In this document: positions 34,268-43,680 of the stretch, in pieces
Layout of the letters: every line of letters starts with the position of its first letter
Position numbering within the stretch: the stretch's first letter is position 1
Virus record (IMG/VR): IMGVR_UViG_3300028364_000001
Location: 1-61,955 of that record
Strand: one strand, 5' to 3'
Origin: a virus
Taxonomy: Duplodnaviria; Caudoviricetes
Length of the DNA: 61,955 nucleotides
Made by a program: the position numbers and the translations under genes
The notes under the pieces: generated by a model
Told to the model about the DNA's origin: nothing
Seen by the model: only the letters and a program-made list of their open reading frames with translations
Databases searched by the model: none

Positions 34268-36156
34268 TGCGTCTGTTCCTCGACATCGAGGTCTACAAAA
34301 ACTACTTCTTGGCCCTGCTTATGGATGAGCAGGGTCGGACCCGCTATCTCGAGATATTTGAGGAGGAACTATCTGGCCTGAGCCCCGATGAGCTCTTGCA
34401 GATCATAACCCACGACGACGTTGAGCTGGTGACGTTCAATGGCAACACCTACGACGTTCCCATCCTGAGCTTTGCGCTGCTGAACTTGGACACCTACCTG
34501 ATCAAACGGGCGAGTGACCGGGTCATAAAAAACAACGTCAGACCTTGGCACTTCTACCGGGATAACAGCATCCGGGAGCCGGAGCTTAACCACATCGACC
34601 TGATCGACGTCGCCCCGGGCATGGTCAGTCTGAAGATATACGGCGGCCGCCTCCACAGCCCGAAACTGCAAGACCTGCCCATCGAGCACTCGGCCATGAT
34701 CCTGCGGGAGCAGGTGCCGATGCTGCGTCGTTACTGCCGCAACGATGTGCGTGTCACCCAGATGCTTTACGAAAATCTCAGGGGTCAGGTCGAACTGCGC
34801 CGCGTCATGAGCAAGACCTACGGTGTGGACCTGCGGTCAAAGTCCGACGCCCAGATAGCCGAGGCCGTGCTCAAGGCGGAGTACGCCCGCCTGACCGGCG
34901 CCCTGCCACCAAAGACAACACTTGCGGATAGCAGCTTCCTTTACGATCCCCCTGCCTATGTGCGCTTTTCCAGTCCTGAACTGAAGCACGTGCTGGAGAC
35001 GGTGCGTACCGCAGAGATGATCATCGACAACAAGACCGGGCATGTGAAGATGCCCAAGGAGATTGCGGCCCTGAAGATCGAGATCGGTGGAAGTCGATAC
35101 AAGATCGGTATCGGAGGTCTCCATAGCCAAGAGTCGGAGGTCACACATCTTTCTGACGAAGACGACGAGCTGATCGAAGAGGACGTCGAGAGCTACTACC
35201 CCCGGATGATGCTGAACATGGGTATGGAGCCGGGCGGGTTCGGTCGTCACTTCAACCCGGTGTTTGGGGGCATTCTTGAAGAGCGTTTATCGGCGAAACA
35301 CGCAGGTGATATGGTCAAGTCGAACGCTCTGAAGATTGTTCTCAACGGCACCTTTGGCAAGACATCCAGCCGCTACAGCACGCTCTACTCTCCAGACTTC
35401 ATGATCCGCACAACCATCACTGGCCAGCTGACCATCCTGATGCTGATCGAGGCGCTTGAGGCTTACGGGATACCTGTGATCTCGGCGAACACCGACGGCA
35501 TCGTGACAAAGTGCCCCCGGCACGAGCGTGAAGCCCTGCGGATCATCCTGCGGAAGTGGGAAAAACATACTGGGCTGAAGACCGAGGAGACCCTCTACAA
35601 GGCCCTCTACTCGCGTGACGTGAACAACTACATCGCGGTCAAAGCCGATGGAAAGGTCAAGGCCAAGGGGGTGTATGGGCCGCCCTCGATCTCGAAGAAC
35701 CCGCAGAACACCATCTGTGCGGAGGCCGTCATTGCGCATCTGACCACAGGTGCATCTATCCGGGATACGGTCCGGTCATGCGACGACATCACGAAGTTCC
35801 TCACGCTACGCACGGTGACGGGCGGTGCCGTGAAAGACGGGGAAGCGGTCGGCAAAGCGATCAGGTGGTACTATTCGACGCAAGAGTTCGGGTCCATTCA
35901 CTACGCCACAAACGGGAATACCGTGCCCCGTTCGGAAGGTGCTCGGCCCTTGATGGATCTGCCGGAAAGGTTCCCGTTCGATCTGGATTTTGAATGGTAC
36001 ATCCGTGAGTGCGAAGAGATACTGATGTCTCTTGGGGTGAAGGAGCGGCCCTTCGTCGAGAAGCTGCCCCGCAAGAATAGCAACGCGTGGAAGGCACTGC
36101 GCGACACTGGAAAAATCAGCGAGAACCGCAAAGGAGAATGGTCTTGGGTGACGTAA
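34267..36156 (+). CDS. DNA polymerase (family B-like) with a 3'-5' exonuclease domain
   Basis: DIE, FNG..YD, YC.ND exonuclease motifs; DVESYYP, KIVLNGTFGK, NTDG polymerase motifs. Confidence 0.85.
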   Translation: MRLFLDIEVYKNYFLALLMDEQGRTRYLEIFEEELSGLSPDELLQIITHDDVELVTFNGNTYDVPILSFALLNLDTYLIKRASDRVIKNNVRPWHFYRDNSIREPELNHIDLIDVAPGMVSLKIYGGRLHSPKLQDLPIEHSAMILREQVPMLRRYCRNDVRVTQMLYENLRGQVELRRVMSKTYGVDLRSKSDAQIAEAVLKAEYARLTGALPPKTTLADSSFLYDPPAYVRFSSPELKHVLETVRTAEMIIDNKTGHVKMPKEIAALKIEIGGSRYKIGIGGLHSQESEVTHLSDEDDELIEEDVESYYPRMMLNMGMEPGGFGRHFNPVFGGILEERLSAKHAGDMVKSNALKIVLNGTFGKTSSRYSTLYSPDFMIRTTITGQLTILMLIEALEAYGIPVISANTDGIVTKCPRHEREALRIILRKWEKHTGLKTEETLYKALYSRDVNNYIAVKADGKVKAKGVYGPPSISKNPQNTICAEAVIAHLTTGASIRDTVRSCDDITKFLTLRTVTGGAVKDGEAVGKAIRWYYSTQEFGSIHYATNGNTVPRSEGARPLMDLPERFPFDLDFEWYIRECEEILMSLGVKERPFVEKLPRKNSNAWKALRDTGKISENRKGEWSWVT

Positions 36157-36824
36157 ACAAGCTACCGGCATGGTCGTTCAGCAGCCTCAAAGGCTTCCTG
36201 ACCTGCGCCAAACAATACTACCACACCCGTGTCACCAAGGAGTACACGAGCGCTCCGACGGCGGCCACCACCTACGGCACCGAGTTCCATGAGGCCTGCG
36301 AGAAATACGTGCGGGACGACACGCCGCTCGAAGGTCGCTTCGCTCATGTGAAGCCAGTGCTGGACGCGTTGAAGGCGATCAAGGGTGAGCGGTTATGCGA
36401 ACAGAAGATGGCCCTGAACACCAAGCTGGAGGGCTGTACGTTCTTCGCCAAGGACTGCTTCGTGCGTGGCATCGGTGACCTGATCATCCTGCAGCGTGCG
36501 AAAGGCGTGGCCTTCTACGTGGACTACAAGACCGGCAAGTCCAGCCGGTACGCAGACACCGGGCAGCTGGGGCTGATGGCCCTGATGATCTTCGCCCTGT
36601 ACCCCGAGATCAAGGAAGTGCGCGGGGCCCTGCTGTTCGTGGTGCCGAACCAGATGATAAAGGCCACCTACCTGCGGCGAGAGCGCAAGAAGATGTGGGC
36701 AGAGTGGCTGGCTGATTACTCCAAGCTGCTCGGAGCCTTCGAGACCGGCGTGTGGAACCCGAGCCCCTCGGGCCTGTGCCGCAACTATTGCCCTGTAACG
36801 GAGTGCCCACACCATGGCCAATGA
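36138..36824 (+). CDS. PD-(D/E)XK / Cas4-like exonuclease
   Basis: WSFSSL..F..C...G..FH...DL...DYKTGK...QL...LC.NYCP...C; AAGGAG RBS. Confidence 0.85.
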   Translation: MVLGDVNKLPAWSFSSLKGFLTCAKQYYHTRVTKEYTSAPTAATTYGTEFHEACEKYVRDDTPLEGRFAHVKPVLDALKAIKGERLCEQKMALNTKLEGCTFFAKDCFVRGIGDLIILQRAKGVAFYVDYKTGKSSRYADTGQLGLMALMIFALYPEIKEVRGALLFVVPNQMIKATYLRRERKKMWAEWLADYSKLLGAFETGVWNPSPSGLCRNYCPVTECPHHGQ

Positions 36825-36887
36825 GGTTGGTCCCTTGGGGCACCACCCGTGGTATAAGTAGGCGAACAAGCTCTAAAGGAGGCTCCC

Positions 36888-37142
36888 ATGCCCTACACAA
36901 AATCGCCACGGCCCTACAAGCGCGAATACGAACTGCAGAAGGCGCGAGGGGAGCACGAGGGTCGCATGGAGCGGCAGCGCGCCCGCCGCGCGCTCGACAA
37001 GAAGGGCGTTTCCCGCAAGGGCAAGGACGTCAGCCACAAGAAAGCCATCGCCAAGGGCGGGAAGAACTCTGACGGCATCACGCTGGAAGCACCGTCGAAG
37101 AACCGCGCCCGTAACGGGCATAAAAAGGGCGAAAAGCCTTAA
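36888..37142 (+). CDS. Small HNH-like endonuclease
   Basis: GKDVSHKK...GG.N...NRARN. Confidence 0.7.
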   Translation: MPYTKSPRPYKREYELQKARGEHEGRMERQRARRALDKKGVSRKGKDVSHKKAIAKGGKNSDGITLEAPSKNRARNGHKKGEKP

Positions 37143-37156
37143 CCACTGGAGAGACC

Positions 37157-38698
37157 ATGCAGATCATCGACAACAAAGCCTTGCTCCTGCGCGTCAGGGA
37201 GCCTGCCCACATCATGGCGGCAGTAGACAAAGCGCACCTCGTGGGCCCCAACGAAGTGCTGGTGCGGTGGGACTTGGCCACAGCGCAGCGCCTGCGCGCC
37301 ATGAACATCAAGGTGCCGTCGCCCATAGAGGGGCGCTACCAGTGGACCGGCCTGCACAAGCCCATGGGGCACCAGAAGCAGACCGCGGCGTTCCTCACGC
37401 TGCACAAGAAGGCTTTCTGCTTCTCCGAGGCGGGGTCAGGCAAGACGGCCAGCACCATCTGGGCCGCAGACTTCCTGATGAAGACCAAACGCATCCGCAG
37501 GGTGCTGGTGATCTGCCCGGTGTCGATCATGGATGTAGCATGGAAGGGCGACCTCTTCAGCTTCGCCATGCACCGCACAGTGAGTATTGCCCACGGCACC
37601 CCTGTGAAGCGCAAGAAGATCATGGCGGAGGGCGCCGAGTTCGTGATCATCAACTACGACGGCGTCGCCATCGTGAAGGACGAGATCATCAAGGGCGGGT
37701 TCGACCTGATAATCGTCGACGAGGCCACGTCCTACAAGAATGCGCAGAGCAAGCGGTGGAAGGCCCTCAACGCGATCCTGAAGGCATGCCCGGACGCATG
37801 GTTGTGGATGATGACCGGCACGCCTGCCGCGCAGGGGCCAGAGGACGCGTACGGCTTGGCGAAGCTGGTGAACCCGACAGGGGTGCCCCGCACGTTCGGT
37901 TCCTTCAAGGACATGGTGATGATCAAGGTGACCCAGTTTAAGTGGGTGCCCCGAAGGGAGTCGGCCCTGATCGTGCACAAGGCCCTGCAGCCTGCGATCA
38001 GGTTCACCAAAGAGGAGTGCATGGACCTGCCCGACATGGTCTACGTCAAACGCACGGTCGAGCTCACCAAGCAGCAGAAAGTCTACTACGAGCGGCTGCG
38101 CAAGAACCTGCTGCTGGAGACGTCCGGGTCGGTGGTGACCGCCGTAAACGCTGCCGTGGGCATGAACAAGCTCCTGCAAATCAGCTGTGGCGCGGCCTAC
38201 GACGACGACGGCAACGTGTTGGAGTTCGATATCGGCAACCGATACGCGGTGCTGAAGGAGGTCATTGCCGAGGCGTCCAAGAAGGTTCTGGTGTTCGTGC
38301 CCTATACGCACATCACCGACATCTTGGTCGAGAAGATGCGGGCCGACGGTTACTCCGCGGACATCATCCGGGGCGACGTGCCTGTGAGCAAGCGCACCGA
38401 GATTTTCCAGAAGTTCCAGCGCGAGGCGGACCCGCAGGTCTTGCTGATCCAGCCACAGGCGGCAGCGCATGGCGTGACGCTGACGGCAGCGAACGTCGTG
38501 GTCTGGTGGGGGCCGACACCATCGCTGGAGATATATGCACAGGCCAACGCCCGCGTGCACCGCTCTGGCCAGACCCACAAGTGCACGGTGGTGCAGCTGC
38601 AGGGGTCGGCCGTCGAGAGGCACATCTACGACATGCTGGACGCCCGCGAAGGGAACCACACGAAACTTACGACCCTCTACAAACAAATGCTTGACTAG
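37157..38698 (+). CDS. SNF2/SF2 DNA helicase
   Basis: EAGSGKT, IVDEA, MTGTP, HGVTLT, QANARVHRSGQ. Confidence 0.9.
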   Translation: MQIIDNKALLLRVREPAHIMAAVDKAHLVGPNEVLVRWDLATAQRLRAMNIKVPSPIEGRYQWTGLHKPMGHQKQTAAFLTLHKKAFCFSEAGSGKTASTIWAADFLMKTKRIRRVLVICPVSIMDVAWKGDLFSFAMHRTVSIAHGTPVKRKKIMAEGAEFVIINYDGVAIVKDEIIKGGFDLIIVDEATSYKNAQSKRWKALNAILKACPDAWLWMMTGTPAAQGPEDAYGLAKLVNPTGVPRTFGSFKDMVMIKVTQFKWVPRRESALIVHKALQPAIRFTKEECMDLPDMVYVKRTVELTKQQKVYYERLRKNLLLETSGSVVTAVNAAVGMNKLLQISCGAAYDDDGNVLEFDIGNRYAVLKEVIAEASKKVLVFVPYTHITDILVEKMRADGYSADIIRGDVPVSKRTEIFQKFQREADPQVLLIQPQAAAHGVTLTAANVVVWWGPTPSLEIYAQANARVHRSGQTHKCTVVQLQGSAVERHIYDMLDAREGNHTKLTTLYKQMLD

Positions 38699-38719
38699 AC
38701 AACTGCGCACCATTAAATA
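38691..38719 (+). promoter_or_regulatory. Putative sigma70 promoter
   Basis: TTGACT-17 nt-TAAATA. Confidence 0.45.
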
Positions 38720-38746
38720 AGCGCTATAGCCACTGGAGAACTGCAA

Positions 38747-39154
38747 ATGACATCCGAGACAACGGAGACCGTACAGGTCGGCAAGATGACGAAAGCCTAC
38801 GTTCGCATCCGCGATGCGAAGGCGAAGCTGAAGGCGGAGTATGACACCGCGGACAAAGTCTTCACCGAACAGATGGACACCATCAAACGCGCTTTGCTGG
38901 ACCACTGCAAGGAGCACGGGGTGGACTCTGTTCGCACGGAGAACGGGCTGTTCTACCGCTCTGTGAAGACCCGGTATTGGACCGGCGATTGGGCGGCCAT
39001 GCACGCCTTCATCATGGAGCACGGCCTGCCTGAGTTCCTCGAGAAGCGCCTGAACCAGACTGCGGTGAAGACGTATATCGAGGAGAACCCCGAAATCACT
39101 CTACCGGCGTTGAACGTCGACTCGGAGTACAACATTTCTGTGAGGAAAGCCTGA
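38747..39154 (+). CDS. Conserved replication-module protein
   Basis: Y..IRD...SVRT..G...DW.....FI......LEKR..Q. Confidence 0.7.
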   Translation: MTSETTETVQVGKMTKAYVRIRDAKAKLKAEYDTADKVFTEQMDTIKRALLDHCKEHGVDSVRTENGLFYRSVKTRYWTGDWAAMHAFIMEHGLPEFLEKRLNQTAVKTYIEENPEITLPALNVDSEYNISVRKA

Positions 39155-39381
39155 TGTCTACTGATACCCCCTATGTGACGCTGGAGGCTGCTGCGCAGTA
39201 TTTTCAGGTGTCGCTTTCCACATTCCGCGGCTGGGTAAAGAAGGGTGCGGTCCCCAAGGGTAGCTATATCCGACAGGGAGCCGTATACCGCTTCAACCTA
39301 CCTGCGGTAGTCACCGCGCTACAGGCCCACGCAGGGGCCGCGCAAGAGAAACCCACAACCACTGGAGACGACAATGAGTGA
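39154..39381 (+). CDS. Excisionase/MerR-like HTH protein
   Basis: YVTLEAAAQYFQVSLSTFRGWVKKG...YRF. Confidence 0.75.
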   Translation: MSTDTPYVTLEAAAQYFQVSLSTFRGWVKKGAVPKGSYIRQGAVYRFNLPAVVTALQAHAGAAQEKPTTTGDDNE

Positions 39382-40426
39382 CGCAATGACACTTTTCGGA
39401 GACGAAGGAAATTCGCTGGTGAGCAGTGATCTGTTCAAATCCCTGCTGGAGACCAACAAGACGCTTTCGGGTGGCCCCGGCGGCGGCGTTCCGCGTATCA
39501 GCATCAAGGGGGGTCGCTTCCGCGAGATGATCGGCGGCGAGCAGACACGCACGTTCAAGGGCGACAAGATCAACCTGATCATCGTGAACGCGGCACCGCT
39601 GGCACGCACCTATTACGAGGGCACCTACGACCCCAACAATGCGGCGCCACCGGTATGCTGGTCATCTGATACCCGGGTGCCGAGCCCTGACGTGCCTGAA
39701 GGTCAGAAGATGTCGGACAGCTGCTCGACATGCCCAATGAACATCAAGGGCTCCGGTCAGGGCGACAGCCGTGCATGCCGTTACAGCCAGCGCCTTGCTG
39801 TGGTGCTGGAGGGCGACGAAGACAACATGGTGTATCAGATGCAGCTGCCCGCCACGTCGATCTTCGGCGAGGCCCAGAAAGGCCTGATGGGCATGCAGGC
39901 CTATGCGAAGCTGCTGGGGGTGCACAACACGCCGATCACAGCCATCGTGACAGAGGTGGCCTTCGATACAGACAGTGAGACGCCGAAGCTATACTTCAAG
40001 CCTCTTCGCCCCCTCGAAGAGGACGAGCTGCGCATGGCGGTGGCCGCACGGGACAGCGAAGAGGCCAAGGCGGCGCTCACAATGACCGTGTCACAGGCAG
40101 ATGGCGTCAAGGCGAAGGCCCCGGCACCGAAGCCCAAGACCAAGGCCAAGGCTGCCCCGGTCGACCCCGACGATGACGAGGAAGAGGCTCCCAAGCCGAA
40201 GGCCAAGCCGACGCCCAAAGCCAAGGCCCCTCCGGTCGAGGATGACGACGAGGACGAAGAGCCCGCGCCAAAGCCGAAACCAAAGCCCAAGCCCGCACCG
40301 GTCGAGGACGAAGAGGAAGAAGAGCCTGTGAAGCGCACCACCAAGCCCACGCGCGCCGCAGAGACCAAGACGGATCTGGCCAGCATCATCGGCCAGTGGG
40401 ATGATGACGACGATGACGACGTATAA
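39374..40426 (+). CDS. Putative ssDNA-binding / recombination protein
   Basis: RISIKGG.FR, PVCWS, C..CP.N..GS...RAC; Pro/Lys/acidic tail ending in WDDDDDDV. Confidence 0.55.
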   Translation: MSDAMTLFGDEGNSLVSSDLFKSLLETNKTLSGGPGGGVPRISIKGGRFREMIGGEQTRTFKGDKINLIIVNAAPLARTYYEGTYDPNNAAPPVCWSSDTRVPSPDVPEGQKMSDSCSTCPMNIKGSGQGDSRACRYSQRLAVVLEGDEDNMVYQMQLPATSIFGEAQKGLMGMQAYAKLLGVHNTPITAIVTEVAFDTDSETPKLYFKPLRPLEEDELRMAVAARDSEEAKAALTMTVSQADGVKAKAPAPKPKTKAKAAPVDPDDDEEEAPKPKAKPTPKAKAPPVEDDDEDEEPAPKPKPKPKPAPVEDEEEEEPVKRTTKPTRAAETKTDLASIIGQWDDDDDDDV

Positions 40427-40507
40427 GGTCGCGCGTCACTGACACGAACCCGCTGAGGTAATAAGAACAATCGGCCTCAGCGGGCCATCATCCAAAGCGG
40501 GGCGGCT

Positions 40508-43387
40508 ATGGAAACGTTAGACTTCATACGGCAGGTCACTGGGGCCGCCGGGCACTACAGTGTTCTCGCGCTTGGGCCGACCAAGGGCAAGCGCATCCAG
40601 AAATTCTACACGACACCTGAAGCTGCACTCCATGCAGCGCACAATTTCGATGCCAACGGCAGCGATGCCTATTTCGCACTGGGGCGCTTCGCTTCCGACG
40701 ATAGTCGTGAGGCGGCCAACGTCACCGAGCTAGGGTCATTCTTCCTCGATCTGGACTGCGGGACGGGCAAGGATTACCCGGACCAAGCCGCTGCGCTGCA
40801 GGGCTTGCGGGGCTTCGTCAAGCAGCTGCGCCTGCCCAAGCCAATCATTGTGAACTCCGGCCGGGGCCTGCATGTGTACTGGCCGCTCACCACCGCGGTG
40901 CCCTATGCAAGCTGGCTGCCTGTGGCGCTCAGGTTCAAGTCGGCCTGCAAGGCGCTGGGTTTCCGCTGCGACACGACAGCGACGTCAGACGCCGCACGGG
41001 TCCTGCGCGTACCGGGTACGCGCAACCACAAGGACAACCCCCCGAAACCGGTGGGGATACTGGCCAACGGGGAGCACGTGAAGACCTCGCTGGAGATGTT
41101 CGATGCGTGCGTGGCCCCTCACTCGACGGTCGCTGTGCCTTCAGGGCTGTTCGCTGACCCCAACGCAACGGTTTCGGCGGCGGCAAGGGCCACGGCAGGC
41201 ACCAGCGCTGTCATGGACGCCCTGCGGGGCAATATAGAGGCCTCGTTCAAGAAGATCGCCCGCAAGACCGCTGCAGGCACCGGCTGCGCACAGATAGGTG
41301 CCATGCTGACAGACCCTACCCAAGTGTCGGAACCTCTTTGGCGGGCCGGGCTGTCCATCGCGGCACACTGCGCCGAGCAAGAGGCGATCCACTGGCTGTC
41401 GTCAGGCCACCCGGAGTACGACGCCGAAGACACGGCGCACAAGGCGTCCCATATCAAGGGTCCCTACCTCTGTGTGCGGTTCGACGAGCTGAACCCCGGC
41501 GGCTGCGAAGGCTGCCCGCACTGGGGCAAGATCAAGTCGCCTATCGTGCTGGGAAATTCGCTGATCGAGTCCGAGGGACCGGTGGAACTGTCGATGGCAC
41601 CAACAGGGGTGAAGGCAACCCCAGAAGTCTTCACCGATGGCAAGACTCCTTTCCCTGACTTGCCAAGCCCCTACACCCGAGGCAAAAAGGGGGGCATATA
41701 CTACACGACCCGCGATGCTGACGGCGTAGAGGATCAAAAGCTGGTATGGCTGCATGACATCTATGTGGTACGACGTCTGGTTGACCCTGAGCAGGGGGAG
41801 GTTGTCGAGATGCGGTGCCACCTGCCCCAAGACGGTGCACGCACGTTCGTCGTGCCGCTCTACGCCGTCACATCGAAAGAAGAATTTCGCCGGGCCCTGT
41901 CGATGCAGGGCGTGGCCGCTATCGGCAAAGAAGTGGACGCACTTATGCAGTACACACAATCATGGGTGAGAGAATTGCAACAGCTATCACAAGCAGACAA
42001 TGCCCACCGCCAGTTCGGCTGGATCGGTGAGTTCAACGGGTTCGTGCTGGGCGACAAGGTTGTCCAAGCGGGTCGGATCGAACACAATTCCCCCGCCGCT
42101 GGCACGCGCGGGCTGACGGAGTTCTTCGCCCCCAAAGGGACGATGGAAGGGTGGAAGGAGACAATGGCCTTCTACAACAAGCCCGGGTTCGAGCTGCACC
42201 AGCTAATTGTCTGTGCCGGGTTCGGGTCGGCCCTGATGAAGTTCATGCCAGAGAGCGCGGCTCTCCTGCACCTGTGGTCCAAGGACTCCGGTTTCGGCAA
42301 GACAACGGCCCAGCTCGCGGCGCTGTCGATCTGGGGGAACCCCAAGAAGCTGATCCTAGATGAGCGGGACACCCACAACTCCCGCATGAACCGCGCCGAC
42401 GTGATGCACAGTATCCCTGTGTGCATGGACGAGGTGACCAACATCCGCGCCGACCACGCCTCGGACCTGATCTACCAAGCGACCGGCGGCCAGCAACGGA
42501 ACCGGATGTCGTCCAGCGGCAACGCCGAGCGCTATCGCGGAGACCCATGGAACCTGCTGTTCATCACCTCGGGCAACGCCAGCCTGATCGACAAGGTGGC
42601 CAGCGCCAAGGCAATGCCGAAAGCAGAGGCACAGCGGGTGCTTGAGATCGAGGTGGGGCGGCTGTTCTCGGAGAAGTCCGACAAGGAGGAGACTGACAAG
42701 TTCAGCAGGGACCTGCTCACGCACTACGGTCATGCCGGTGTGCCCTTTGTGCAGTACGTCCTTCAGCACCTGCAGGAAGTCCAGATGCTGGTGCAGACCA
42801 TCCAGCGCCAGATCGACACCACCGCGAATCTGGGGCCAGAGAACCGCTTCTGGTCGGCCGCCATGGCAGCGTCTATTGCGGCCGCAGTGATCTGCAACCA
42901 CCTCGGCCTGCTCGACTATGATGTGAAAACCCTGCGGGATTATGTCGTTGCCAAGGTGCTCCGCCCCAACCAGCAGGCGAGCGGTGACCTTACGATTGAC
43001 GCCGTGGCGCTGGTCAACGAGTACGTCTACGAAAACTGGGGCCGCATCCTGCAGATCAAATCGACCATAGACCTCCGGGCCAAGAACACCGCCGCCACCA
43101 TGGAGCATATGTCTGTGCCCGAGCAGATGCCCCGCAGCACCGATTTCGCCGGGCGGTACGAGACGGACATCAAGCAGCTGTACCTGCTGATCCGACCATT
43201 CAAGGAGTGGTTGTCCGAGCAACAGATTAACTATGCGTCGGTGCAAGAGGAGCTTATGAAGAAGGTGAAGGCCAAGAAGACGCGCATACGGCTGTCCAAA
43301 GGCACCTCGATGAACCTGCCCCCGGTGGATGTGCTGAGTATACCCATGGAGTTTGAGGCGCCCAATGACAGTGCGGACCCTACTTGA
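40508..43387 (+). CDS. Primase (AEP/RepB-like) fused to a DUF927 helicase-like domain
   Basis: FFLDLDC, SGRGLHVYW, ARVLRVPG; C-terminal SGFGKTT and CMDE. Confidence 0.85.
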   Translation: METLDFIRQVTGAAGHYSVLALGPTKGKRIQKFYTTPEAALHAAHNFDANGSDAYFALGRFASDDSREAANVTELGSFFLDLDCGTGKDYPDQAAALQGLRGFVKQLRLPKPIIVNSGRGLHVYWPLTTAVPYASWLPVALRFKSACKALGFRCDTTATSDAARVLRVPGTRNHKDNPPKPVGILANGEHVKTSLEMFDACVAPHSTVAVPSGLFADPNATVSAAARATAGTSAVMDALRGNIEASFKKIARKTAAGTGCAQIGAMLTDPTQVSEPLWRAGLSIAAHCAEQEAIHWLSSGHPEYDAEDTAHKASHIKGPYLCVRFDELNPGGCEGCPHWGKIKSPIVLGNSLIESEGPVELSMAPTGVKATPEVFTDGKTPFPDLPSPYTRGKKGGIYYTTRDADGVEDQKLVWLHDIYVVRRLVDPEQGEVVEMRCHLPQDGARTFVVPLYAVTSKEEFRRALSMQGVAAIGKEVDALMQYTQSWVRELQQLSQADNAHRQFGWIGEFNGFVLGDKVVQAGRIEHNSPAAGTRGLTEFFAPKGTMEGWKETMAFYNKPGFELHQLIVCAGFGSALMKFMPESAALLHLWSKDSGFGKTTAQLAALSIWGNPKKLILDERDTHNSRMNRADVMHSIPVCMDEVTNIRADHASDLIYQATGGQQRNRMSSSGNAERYRGDPWNLLFITSGNASLIDKVASAKAMPKAEAQRVLEIEVGRLFSEKSDKEETDKFSRDLLTHYGHAGVPFVQYVLQHLQEVQMLVQTIQRQIDTTANLGPENRFWSAAMAASIAAAVICNHLGLLDYDVKTLRDYVVAKVLRPNQQASGDLTIDAVALVNEYVYENWGRILQIKSTIDLRAKNTAATMEHMSVPEQMPRSTDFAGRYETDIKQLYLLIRPFKEWLSEQQINYASVQEELMKKVKAKKTRIRLSKGTSMNLPPVDVLSIPMEFEAPNDSADPT

Positions 43388-43586
43388 CCTCTGCCCCGAT
43401 GGGCTGAGGATCGTCGTTCCTTGGAAGAAGCTCTATCCGGGGATGTCGGTGTTCGTGCCCTGCATAGACGCCCGTGCCTGCCAGTTGCAGGCAGAGGAGA
43501 TCGCCCGGCGCTTGGAGATCCGTGTCGCCTGCCGCCGGGCCTTCAAAGACCACATTTTGGGGTTGCGTATATGGCGCACCCCATGA
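43365..43586 (+). CDS. Hypothetical protein
   Basis: W....G.SVFVPCI...GLRIWR. Confidence 0.65.
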   Translation: MTVRTLLDLCPDGLRIVVPWKKLYPGMSVFVPCIDARACQLQAEEIARRLEIRVACRRAFKDHILGLRIWRTP

Positions 43587-43647
43587 TATAGTCCACTAGA
43601 CGGAACCCCCTTGTTCTTTCTGTCGCCCCTCCCAGTGGACCGCCTAG

Positions 43648-43680
43648 CCCGCTCTTCCTCCCCGAAGAGCGGGCCTTTTT
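43648..43680 (+). terminator. Rho-independent terminator at the convergence of the early and late arms
   Basis: GCCCGCTCTTC-loop-GAAGAGCGGGC followed by CTTTTT. Confidence 0.85.

Noticed and set aside
21128-39022. Long antisense ORFs (21128-22771, 28509-29564, 37436-39022 and similar)
   Set aside because: They are shadows of GC3-biased real genes and have no recognisable motifs, unlike the nested nuclease ORFs.
39154-39381. Lysogeny module suggested by the excisionase-like HTH
   Set aside because: No tyrosine or serine integrase or partition genes were recognised; such HTH genes are common in replication modules.
40449-40484. 10-bp hairpin between the putative SSB and primase genes as a terminator
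   Set aside because: It has a 16-nt loop and no U tract, so no function can be supported.
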